From Ignavibacteria bacterium (GTDB taxonomy: Bacteria; Elusimicrobiota; Endomicrobiia; PHAN01): a stretch of 22,936 nucleotides of DNA. Under the pieces are notes generated by a model, which saw nothing but the letters and a program-made list of their open reading frames with translations, made no database searches and was not told the DNA's origin. Positions 14,644 to 22,936 of the stretch are shown one piece after another; position 1 is the first letter of the stretch; each line of letters begins with the position of its first letter. The position numbers were made by a program, and so were the translations under genes. The stretch is taken from assembly GCA_041694835.1 (NCBI GenBank), contig JBGFRZ010000068.1:1-22936 (forward strand), written 5' to 3'.

Positions 14644-15384
14644 TCATGGTTGCGCCAATGTTTTTTTCACATCGCGGAAAAATTTCGTTTCTTTCAGCGG
14701 AATTTTCATCTGCTCAAATGCGTTGAGTTTTTCGTCAAATTTTAGTCGAAATTCCGCCTCCGCGCCCACACCGCTTTCTATAAAGACAATATCCTCACTG
14801 CAACTTAATTTGTTTGCCACGACGCCAACCGATGGAATCGCCAATTCTTTTGCAAGTTGCATAACTCTCTTTGCCGTCTGAACACTCTTTGCCGTCGGTT
14901 CGACGATAATATAAAGTTTATCTATTGACTTTGCCGTGCCGCGAGTTAAGTGCTCAATACCAGCAGGCATATCTATTATAACTTTTTCGCCGCTTTTAAT
15001 CAAAAGATGGGCAAGCAGCGATTTTAAAAATGTGTTTTCGGAACAATAACAACCCGAGTCGGCTTTTTTGAGCGCCCCCAAAACAAGAAGACTCAGATTG
15101 TCGCTTTTAAGTGAGTATTTTTCCGGTATATCCGAAACTTCGGGGTTCAGTTTGTAAAACCCTTTTCCGTCGGATTCCATGCGCTCGTCGATCAACCCTT
15201 TCATTTGAATTAAAGGCACAATTTTATTGAGAGATTGCGCATCAAAACCGGCTGTAAGTCCAAGATTCCCGTCGGGATCAGCATCGATGAGATATACACC
15301 GCCGCTGCCTGACAAAATAATGCCCATCGACGCCGCAAAGAGCGTCTTGCCCGAGCCGCCTTTTCCACTAACTGCGACTTTCAT
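14644..15384 (-). CDS. cooC: CooC nickel-insertion ATPase for CODH
   Basis: GKGGSGKT, DADPD, SGCYC, DMPAGIEHLTRGT; immediately upstream of cooS. Confidence 0.9.
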   Translation of the reverse strand: MKVAVSGKGGSGKTLFAASMGIILSGSGGVYLIDADPDGNLGLTAGFDAQSLNKIVPLIQMKGLIDERMESDGKGFYKLNPEVSDIPEKYSLKSDNLSLLVLGALKKADSGCYCSENTFLKSLLAHLLIKSGEKVIIDMPAGIEHLTRGTAKSIDKLYIIVEPTAKSVQTAKRVMQLAKELAIPSVGVVANKLSCSEDIVFIESGVGAEAEFRLKFDEKLNAFEQMKIPLKETKFFRDVKKTLAQP

Positions 15385-16323
15385 AAAATTTATATCCTTC
15401 CACTTCTTCGCCGATATGGAGTTTGAATAAATTTAACAGATTTTTTATCAACAATATAGTGGTTACCGAACCGACTCCTCCCGGCACAGGGGTTATAAAG
15501 GATGCTTTTTGAGACACGGAATCATAATCAACATCTCCGACTAATTTTGTCTTTGGTTTTCCCGTTTTATCGTCAATAATCGCTGTCCCGTTGTCATCAA
15601 ATATCTTTATGCGATTTATTCCAACGTCAATGATAATTGAGTCATCTTTTACCATTTCACCATTGATTAATCCCGCTTTACCGACTGCGACAATGAGGAT
15701 ATCCGCTTTTTTTGTATGTCCAGAAAGATTATTAGTCGCTATATGACAGACAGTGGGGGTAACAGAATTTGTCAATGAAGATAATAGCATAAGCAAGACA
15801 GGTTTTCCCACGATTTCGCTATGTCCGACGATTACCGTTTCCCTGCCTTTTAAATCAACTTTTGTTTCTTTTAAGCATTCTATAACGGATAATGCCGTGC
15901 AGGGAGCGACTATCGGATTAATTTCAGAATAGACAAGTTTGCCAAGATTTTCAACGGTTACTCCTTCAATATCTTTTGCCGGTAGTATTTTATTTTGTAT
16001 TTTACGTGAGTTAATTTGAGGCGGTAGCGGAAGATTCAGCATTATGCCAGAAATATCCCCGTCGACATTTAATCCTTCGATTTTTTTAACCAATTCGGAT
16101 TCGCTCACATCGTTTTTCAATTCAACTATTTCATAAGGTATTTTTAGTTCATCAAAGATTTTACATTGGTTTTTTATATAAACTTTTGTGGCGGGATTTT
16201 CTCCGACGATTATTGAAGCGACTTTCGGCATCTTTTCTGTTTTTTTCTTTAGCGATTCAATTTGACACTTTAATTCCTCCTTTATTTTTTGAGCGATTAA
16301 AACACCGTCAATGATTTGAGCAC

Positions 16324-16327
<4 letters not shown>
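15368..16327 (-). CDS. folD: Methylene-THF dehydrogenase (FolD family, probably monofunctional)
   Basis: IIDG, LPLP, PCTA, VGKP, IDVGIN, GDVD, TPVPGGVG; cyclohydrolase positions are substituted (YIKNQ, LNLPLP). Confidence 0.93.
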
Positions 16328-16902
<575 letters not shown>

Positions 16903-16963
16903 AAATTCAACTTTTCCTTATCACCTTATCAAATTTTTAACAGCATTGCCATATAACATAAAT

Positions 16964-17010
16964 TGTAGTTGCCCCGCCTTAGTGGGACATTCCGACGACA
17001 AGCCCAATAA
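16964..17010. repeat. GTAG-type REP-like remnant fused to the HEPN gene 3' end
   Basis: TGTAGTTGCCCCGCCTTAGTGGGAC...GCCCAATAAA. Confidence 0.45.
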
Positions 17011-17197
17011 ACAGACCTATGACACCTTTGTGCGAAGACGCCTTCATACCTTTAGTGAGTAGCACCGCTTCAGCCATAAAAAACATCGCATAATAACACC
17101 TTGAAGCGCAAGAATCGTAATCTTCGGATTCAAAAGCAAGTTTCGCAGTTTCTAAAAATTTTTCTGTTTTTTTTATAAGGTCACCAATCTCATTCAT
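16979..17197 (-). pseudogene. Truncated HEPN-domain protein (toxin of an MNT-HEPN pair)
   Basis: Typical HEPN N-half (A..AFE..DY...ASRCYYAMF.MAEAVLL.KG....SHKGVI.LF) ends after about 63 aa, with a 9-aa tail read from repeat DNA; no C-terminal Rx4-6H region; ATGA overlap with the MNT gene. Confidence 0.75.
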
Positions 17198-17514
17198 ATT
17201 ACCATCCCCTCCTCTTTCACATTCAATATGAACGGGGATTTGTAATTTTTAAAAATGGTTTCTGGCACAGGTATAACTGAAATTAACTCTTGTTTCTCAA
17301 GAAGAATGTCAAAAATTATGTCACTCAAACTTTCTCTCACCTCAAACGGATTGAGGGAATCGTCAATTACAACTAAAACATCAATATCAGAATCTTTTGT
17401 AGCTTCACCCCTGACATAGGAACCATAAATAATAATCTCTTTTATTTTTTCCCCATACTCTTTTATCAAGTGTTTCTTTATTTGATTTACCAGTTGTTTT
17501 ACCTTACACTTCAT
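17194..17514 (-). CDS. Minimal nucleotidyltransferase (MNT) antitoxin
   Basis: IIIYGSYVRGEATKDSDIDVLVV (GSx10DxD), 106 aa, C-terminal NVKEEG. Confidence 0.88.
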   Translation of the reverse strand: MKCKVKQLVNQIKKHLIKEYGEKIKEIIIYGSYVRGEATKDSDIDVLVVIDDSLNPFEVRESLSDIIFDILLEKQELISVIPVPETIFKNYKSPFILNVKEEGMVI

Positions 17515-17700
17515 CTTTGTTTACCTTATTTAGCGGCATTCGGAATTTTGAACACCGAAAAAATTTTGCGAATCCAAAATTTGGGCAAGAGCGTCTCTTT
17601 AGCACATAAAACTTTTATGCCGTGTTATCACTATATTTCGTATGCTCTATCTTCACAAATAACCGAACATTTGTTCGGGGCGAACAGTTGTTCGATTATT

Positions 17701-18585
17701 TCATAATCCGGCGAGTTCGAGAACTTTCGGGACTTTACTATCCCATCCGAGCGGCATTATGTGAACTCCGTTACAAAATTGTTTCATTTCTCTAATCAGT
17801 TTTCCTGCAATTTCTACGCCCGTCTGCCCGGACTTTGTTTTTTCTTTGTCTTTTTTGAGTTCTTCTATGAAATTCTCCGTGACAAAAACACCAGCGACAT
17901 TTTCATTCATAAATTTCGCCATTCCGACTGATTTTAGTATGGTAATGCCGGCCATTACCGGAATTTCTCCAAAATTTTTTCTGACCGTCTCCATAAAGTT
18001 TGCGAATTTCTCCGGCTCAAAAACAAGTTGTGTCTGAAAAAATTCTGCGCCTGCCTTAATTTTTCTTTCCATCTTAAGAAGTTGCGGCTCAATCGGCTCG
18101 GCCGAGGGAGAAACAACCGCGCCGAGGCAAAATTTGGGTGGTTCTCCGTCGAGTTTATTCCCCGCCAAATCGTAGCCGCCCATAAGTTTTTTGACAGTGT
18201 GAATCAGAGAGACAGCGTCCAAATCAAATACCGGTTTTGCGTCTTTATGGTCGCCCAAAGTCGTGTGGTCGCCTGTCAAAAGAAGCAGATTTTCAATACC
18301 GAATGCCGCCGCGGAAAGAATGTCCGACTGCAAAGCGATTCTGTTTCTGTCACGGCAGACGATTTGAAACACTGGTTCAAGTCCGCGGTCTTTCAACATA
18401 TGACACGCGGCAAGCGACCCAAAACGCATCACTGATGATTGATTGTCTGTAACATTTATGGCGTCGACTTTTTCTTTCAGATAGGTTTCTGCTTCACAAA
18501 GACAATGCTCAATCTGCCATCCCTTAGGAGGACCGATTTCTGCTGTAATCACAAATTTTTTAGAAAATAAATCTTTTAAGAACAT
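17701..18585 (-). CDS. metF: Methylene-THF reductase catalytic subunit (MetVF type)
   Basis: TAEIGPPKG, NVTDNQ, CRDRNRIALQSD, LTGDH, FFQTQ, GVHIM. Confidence 0.95.
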   Translation of the reverse strand: MFLKDLFSKKFVITAEIGPPKGWQIEHCLCEAETYLKEKVDAINVTDNQSSVMRFGSLAACHMLKDRGLEPVFQIVCRDRNRIALQSDILSAAAFGIENLLLLTGDHTTLGDHKDAKPVFDLDAVSLIHTVKKLMGGYDLAGNKLDGEPPKFCLGAVVSPSAEPIEPQLLKMERKIKAGAEFFQTQLVFEPEKFANFMETVRKNFGEIPVMAGITILKSVGMAKFMNENVAGVFVTENFIEELKKDKEKTKSGQTGVEIAGKLIREMKQFCNGVHIMPLGWDSKVPKVLELAGL

Positions 18586-18620
18586 AAAATTTCTCCAATA
18601 GTGAAAGTTCTAAAGAGGCA

Positions 18621-18845
18621 TTTACCGCCCCGTATCAAGTAAGGAGTAAATTCTGGCGCGAAAGTTAGAAAACTTGTCCCCGAGATTTGCCGGCGGGGCG
18701 CACGAAAAAATAATCCCATTATATCCCACTTTAATAAATGGAAAAATCCCCCTGCTTCGCTTCCCCACACACCCCTGTTCACTTCCCCGATAAAATCGGG
18801 GACAGGCTTTGATAGAAGGGATAAATGGGGATTGAGGGTGATTTT
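18621..18845. repeat. Mosaic of palindromic elements between metV and metF
   Basis: TTTAC..CCCCGTATCAAG..GTAAA (18621-18650), split GCGCGAAAGTTAGAAA/CACGAAAAAA unit (18656-18710), TCCCCGATAAAATCGGGGA (18784-18802) inside an AATCCC...GATTTT element. Confidence 0.7.
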
Positions 18846-18869
18846 TACAAATGGACAGGACGTAGAATT

Positions 18870-19493
18870 TCACGAAGTCGTTTTGAACTCGTGCAGATGT
18901 ATTTTATTGCCATCATCATACACATTTCTCATTTTTTCTATTTTCTTAAATATCTTTTCCCATCCGCAGTCCATTTCTTTATTAACTTCGCACTTGCCGT
19001 TTTTTGCACCGCCGCAAGAACCATTTAACAAACTTTTTGAGCATGTTGTTATCGGACATATAGCGCCGGTATAATTCAGTTCACATTTTCCACATTGGGC
19101 GCAGTTGTGTTCCGAAGGTGTCAGCCCTTGAAATCCATGAATGTTCAACGTATCGCAGGCGGCAAAAATCTGTTTTTTGTTCGTTTGAATTTCTTCGCAA
19201 GCAAACAACTTTCCTGAAAAACTTTGCACCCCAACCCCGCAGGAGAAAACAAGAATGGCATCGGAGTTCTCAATTTCGTTTTTATATTTTCCGATATAAC
19301 TGTCTGAAAATTCGTCGTTGCACAGATAATCCAATAAAACAGAAGTGCTCTTGTTTTCCTGCAAAAATTTTTGAACTTCTTCAAACGGATATTTAACTTC
19401 TTTGCACCCGTAACATTGCACGACGAAAACATTTTTTTTATCTTTTAGAAATGTCAAAATTTCTTCTTTGGGTTTTAATTCTGTGATTAACAT
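18870..19493 (-). CDS. metV: Methylene-THF reductase FeS/Zn subunit MetV
   Basis: CYGC, LCN, SCGVGVQ, CAQCGKC...GAICPITTCSKSLLNGSCGGAKNGKCEV...CGW (MTHFR_C domain); upstream of metF. Confidence 0.9.
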   Translation of the reverse strand: MLITELKPKEEILTFLKDKKNVFVVQCYGCKEVKYPFEEVQKFLQENKSTSVLLDYLCNDEFSDSYIGKYKNEIENSDAILVFSCGVGVQSFSGKLFACEEIQTNKKQIFAACDTLNIHGFQGLTPSEHNCAQCGKCELNYTGAICPITTCSKSLLNGSCGGAKNGKCEVNKEMDCGWEKIFKKIEKMRNVYDDGNKIHLHEFKTTS

Positions 19494-19507
19494 AATCTAA
19501 TGTCGCA

Positions 19508-19679
19508 TCCCGATGCAACATCGGGACGAATAGAAGCACCGCCTCGCTCCGAAAGGAAATTGCGGAGTTTACCCCGCACCTTTTTAGAAACGAGATTGTT
19601 TCCCCCGTATTCACTGCGGGTTCACAATGACATAGAAAGGCGCGGGGCTCGGTGCTCCACAAGGGGAGATAATCTCCCC
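19508..19679. repeat. Nested palindromic elements between metV-rnfC and metV
   Basis: TCCCGATGCAACATCGGGA (19508-19526), AGCACCG/CGGTGCT (19535-19541, 19650-19656), CCCCGCACCTTT/AAAGGCGCGGGG (19572-19583, 19636-19647), GGGGAGATAATCTCCCC (19663-19679). Confidence 0.75.
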
Positions 19680-19732
19680 ATTACTTCGTCGCTCGCTTTT
19701 CGCCTCATCGGCGAACGCCCGCTGAACCCCTC

Positions 19733-21772
19733 TTAACAGGTATTTTTAACCATTTCCTTTTTTGTTTCTTTTATGGCATCCACCAACGATAATTTAGACG
19801 AGCAGATATACTCGCAACATCCGCACTCAATACAATTTAAAGCACTGTGTCTGCTTTTACTATTAAGCATTTCTATCCCGCTCTTTTCCAGTTCTTTCAG
19901 CCTCTCCGATGAGTTTTCTCTCTTATAGTACCAGTAATAAAGCGGATACAACTCCATCGGACAAACATCAACGCACCTTCCACACTTAATACAATTCCGT
20001 TCCGCATCAGCAATTATATCAAATTTGTTTAACGCAAGTAAGCATGTCGTCCCTTTTATGATAGGCGCTTCAATGTTTTTCTGAACCACACCCATCATCG
20101 GACCACCCATACGTAGGGAATAGGAAATAGGGGATAGGGGATAGGAAGTTGAGAAACAGTAGTTTATTATATCTTTAATGGGTGTGCCGATTTTAATCTC
20201 GTAATTTCCCGGTTTTGTACAATTTTCACCGGAAACAGTGATAATGCGTTTGATAAGCGGTATTCCATTTACAACGGCATTATAGACGGCAAAACTTGTC
20301 CCGACATTATTTACAACCACGCCGACTTCTGGCGGCAAACCGCCCAGGGGCACATCTCTGTTGAGAATTTTTTTGATTAGCATTCTTTCTGAACCCTGCG
20401 GATATTTTGTTTTCACTTCCGCAACTTCTATATTTGACTTCAGTCCAAGCATTGTTATTGTCTCTTTCATCACTTCAATCGCTTTTTGTTTATTGGATTC
20501 AATTGCAACAATACCTTTTTGTAGTTTTAAAATTTTGAGCAGTATTTGCATACCTACGATTATTTCCCGCGGACGCTCGACCATCAATCTGTCGTCAGCG
20601 GTAATATAAGGCTCACATTCGCATCCGTTGAGCAGCAATGTATCGATTGGTTTAGACGCTCTTAATTTAACATGTGTCGGGCATTGCGCCCCCCCGAGAC
20701 CCACGATGCCTTTGTCGTGTATAATTTTTCTCAAATGTTCTTCCGTTATGTTTTCGTAGTCGTCATTTGGTTTGACAGAATCATCTAATATATTTTTGCC
20801 ATCGGATTGAATCACAACCGACATAATGTCACCGTCAAGGACGGGATGCGGTCTTGGTTCCACCGCGATTACTTTCCCGCTAACACTTGAGTGTATTGGC
20901 GAGGACATAAATGATTTGGAGTCGCCTATTTTCTGACCTATTTTTACCACATCCCCCACTTTTACCAGCGATTCACATATATTGCCCAGATGTTGATGAA
21001 GTGGAATTACGACAATTTCTGTATCGGGAAATTTTTGTATTGGTTTGTCGGCTGTATGCTCCTTGTTTTCAAACGGATAAATACCGCCGTAAAAATTTTC
21101 TGCTCTTTTTGAGCGGATTGTATTATTATAGTCGTTGAACTGCTTGAAATCTATTTTGTTATATTTACGAAATTGAACGGGCTGACCCGCGAAATCAAAT
21201 TGTGTCCTTTTTAATCTTTTATATATTTTTTCCCAACCGCAGTCCTTATCCTTCGACACTTCACATTTGCCGTTTTTTGCACCGCCACAGGGACCATTGA
21301 GCAATTCCTTACTGCAATTTGTGAGCGGACAGATGCCCTGCGTTAAGGATAGAAAACATGTCGCACAGCCGGCGCATTTACTTTCGCACAATGAAATCCC
21401 GTGTTGACCCGATTGTTCCATTGTGTCTCCAACCGCATACACCGCGGTGGTTTCCAATAAATCTGCTACTGTCTGAACGCCGATTCCACAGGAGAGAACC
21501 AACAAGGCATCAGATTGACCAAGTAAAATTTTTGATTGCGCAATTCTTTTTTGCAGTTGTTCTTTATTGCATAAAAAATCTATCACATAAGAGCCCACAA
21601 CATTTTTATTCTGTTCTGCAAGAAATCCTCGCAAGACACCGCACTCATCTGGCACAAGAGCGACAAACTCTTCATAACATTTCCCGCAAATATAGATAAA
21701 AAGGGCATCATAATTGTTGACTAACCCGGCAATTTCTTCTCTGGGTTTCAACTTAAATTTTGTGTAATTCAT
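19733..21772 (-). CDS. Fusion protein: N-terminal MetV domain plus full RnfC/RsxC (NADH/FMN/2x[4Fe-4S]) domain
   Basis: About aa 1-200 MetV motifs (CGKC, LCN, SCGIGVQ, CAGCATC...CPLTNCSKELLNGPCGG...CGW); from about aa 225 RnfC motifs (GGIYP, PLHQHLG, IHSSVSG, GIVGLGGA, NGCECEPY, KYPQGSE, GGPMMG, CIKCGRC...CP, CIECGCC); no internal stop. Confidence 0.9.
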   Translation of the reverse strand: MNYTKFKLKPREEIAGLVNNYDALFIYICGKCYEEFVALVPDECGVLRGFLAEQNKNVVGSYVIDFLCNKEQLQKRIAQSKILLGQSDALLVLSCGIGVQTVADLLETTAVYAVGDTMEQSGQHGISLCESKCAGCATCFLSLTQGICPLTNCSKELLNGPCGGAKNGKCEVSKDKDCGWEKIYKRLKRTQFDFAGQPVQFRKYNKIDFKQFNDYNNTIRSKRAENFYGGIYPFENKEHTADKPIQKFPDTEIVVIPLHQHLGNICESLVKVGDVVKIGQKIGDSKSFMSSPIHSSVSGKVIAVEPRPHPVLDGDIMSVVIQSDGKNILDDSVKPNDDYENITEEHLRKIIHDKGIVGLGGAQCPTHVKLRASKPIDTLLLNGCECEPYITADDRLMVERPREIIVGMQILLKILKLQKGIVAIESNKQKAIEVMKETITMLGLKSNIEVAEVKTKYPQGSERMLIKKILNRDVPLGGLPPEVGVVVNNVGTSFAVYNAVVNGIPLIKRIITVSGENCTKPGNYEIKIGTPIKDIINYCFSTSYPLSPISYSLRMGGPMMGVVQKNIEAPIIKGTTCLLALNKFDIIADAERNCIKCGRCVDVCPMELYPLYYWYYKRENSSERLKELEKSGIEMLNSKSRHSALNCIECGCCEYICSSKLSLVDAIKETKKEMVKNTC
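20114..20148. repeat. Five TAGG(G/A)(G/A)(A/G) heptamers within the RnfC domain
   Basis: TAGGGAA TAGGAAA TAGGGGA TAGGGGA TAGGAAG; encodes SYPLSPISYSL just before MGGPMMG. Confidence 0.8.
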
Positions 21773-21791
21773 ACGATTTTTTATTGTCCTC

Positions 21792-21818
21792 GGACAGACA
21801 CATAGGTCTGCCCCTACA
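21792..21818. repeat. GTAG-type REP-like palindrome
   Basis: Minus strand TGTAGGGGCAGACCTATGTGTCTGTCC: GTAG foot plus imperfect hairpin GGGCAGAC/GTCTGTCC. Confidence 0.7.
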
Positions 21819-21834
21819 ACATTATTTCTATTTT

Positions 21835-22816
21835 TTAAACCCAGTCTTTATTTCTTTTATTGAAGGTAATGCTTTCCTTATCAGGTTCGCTTAACATAAA
21901 CAATTCATGCAATTTTTTCCGGAGTACTTTCTTTGGAATAAGTTTTGTCTTGTATTCGGCAACAAGCGCCGGAGAAAGATTGCGGCTGAGAGCATATTCA
22001 ACAACTTCATCATCCTTTGATTTACACAGAATTATACCAACGCTCGGGTTTTCATCTATCTTCTTTATATCTCGGTCAATCGCCTCAAGATAGAAATTAA
22101 GTTTGCCAAGATACTCAGGTTTAAAATCATCTATTTTAAGTTCCAACATTACAAGACATCTTAATCCCCGATGGAAGAAAAGCAAATCAATAAAATAATC
22201 ATTCTTGCCTACCTGAATACGGTATTCCTGACCGATAAAGGTAAAATCCTTACCGAATTCAAGAATAAAATCTCTGAGGTTTGAAACAATGCTTTGCCGA
22301 AAGTCTTTTTCACTGTAAGTTTTTGGCAGGTTCAGAAAGTCCAGAACATAAGTATCCTTAAACGCGTTGGTTATGTCAGGATGTATTTGTGTCATTACTG
22401 GTGACACTTTTTTCTTTGAGAGCATTGCCCGTTCATAATAGCTACTGTCTATCTGCCGTTCAAGTTCACGTGAACTATATTTCTCCTTGATTACAAGTGA
22501 TATATAGAATTCACGTTCTTCTTTGGTCTTTGTTTTCGAAAGAATAAGCAAATGGTTAGTCCAGCTGATTTGTGTCAGCACTGCTGACACAATATCCTTC
22601 TGACGATAGGTCTCGTAAAACTGACGCATCCGATATAACCCACGACGGGTAAATCCCTTAAACTCAGGATGCTTTATTTGTATATAATCAGCAAGTTGGT
22701 CAACAACTGCATCTCCCCATTCTGCAGATGCAAGTTTCTTGCTGATATATTCACCGATATTCCAGTACAATTTTACTAATTCTGTATTGACATTTTTTAT
22801 AGCATTATATCGTGCC
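21835..22816 (-). pseudogene. DUF1016/YhcG PD-(D/E)XK nuclease family gene, 5' end interrupted by an IS
   Basis: VNTELVKLYWNIG, WGDAVV, ISWTNH, RELERQI, KDTYVLDFL, FIDLLFFHR..LELK, NPSVGIILC. The ORF-track N-terminus MSSFWGTV is read from the IS inverted repeat. Confidence 0.75.
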
Positions 22817-22936
22817 TGGACTGTACCCCAAAAACTGGACACAGATTTAGTATAATGGTTGACAAGAGACCCTAAAATAAGGAGGCTCTTGTATGGGTAC
22901 TTATAGAAAGTTCAGCAAAGAGCAGAAACGAGCGAT
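22817..22936 (+). mobile_element. Left end of an IS3-family insertion sequence (runs off the window)
   Basis: Begins TGGACTGTACCCCAAAAACTGGACACA (TG-start IRL resembling IS3/IS150-group ends), followed by SD AAGGAGG and a transposase-like ORF start. Confidence 0.8.
22893..22936 (+). CDS. IS3-family transposase OrfA N-terminus (partial)
   Basis: ATG at 22893 gives MGTYRKFSKEQKRA, matching the R(K/R)FSxExK start typical of HTH_Tnp_1 OrfA; SD AAGGAGG at 22879-22885. Confidence 0.7.
   Translation, partial: MGTYRKFSKEQKRA

Noticed and set aside
18586-18869. THF/SAM/cobalamin riboswitch upstream of metF
   Set aside because: No conserved riboswitch motif recognised; the hairpins match repeat families elsewhere in the window.
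18576-18873. Minus-strand ORFs 18576-18782 and 18622-18873
   Set aside because: They read through palindromic repeat DNA and have no protein-family features.
19438-19736. ORFs 19438-19662 (-) and 19500-19736 (+)
   Set aside because: Translations of the nested repeat mosaic.
19733-21100. Membrane Rnf complex operon
   Set aside because: Only an RnfC domain is present; no rnfD/G/E/A/B or membrane proteins follow it.
22817-22842. MSSFWGTV as the native DUF1016 N-terminus
   Set aside because: It is the reverse reading of the IS inverted repeat and has no SD upstream.
22851-22878. TTGACA (22859-22864) paired with TATAAT (22851-22856) or TAAAAT (22873-22878) as a promoter
   Set aside because: The order or spacing (8 bp) is incompatible with a sigma70 promoter.

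Overview
A co-oriented (minus-strand) Wood-Ljungdahl pathway cluster of an anaerobic bacterium. In transcription order: IS-interrupted DUF1016/YhcG nuclease, a MetV-RnfC fusion, metV, metF, MNT antitoxin plus truncated HEPN, fchA, folD, cooC, cooS/acsA, a NuoE/NuoF/FdhA (HydCB-like) formate dehydrogenase module, acsB, acsC, RACo/acsV and acsF/cooC2. acsD, acsE and fhs are not in the window, and both window edges carry IS-like ends. The main unusual points are: (1) a methylene-THF reductase locus with RnfC fused to a MetV domain plus a second free MetV; (2) a flavin/FeS formate dehydrogenase module sitting between cooS and acsB; (3) a FolD lacking the cyclohydrolase residues next to FchA; (4) a dense population of tiny palindromic elements and heptamer arrays that nest inside each other with target-site duplications and have entered core enzymes in frame. 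All calls come from motif recognition by eye; no searches were run.
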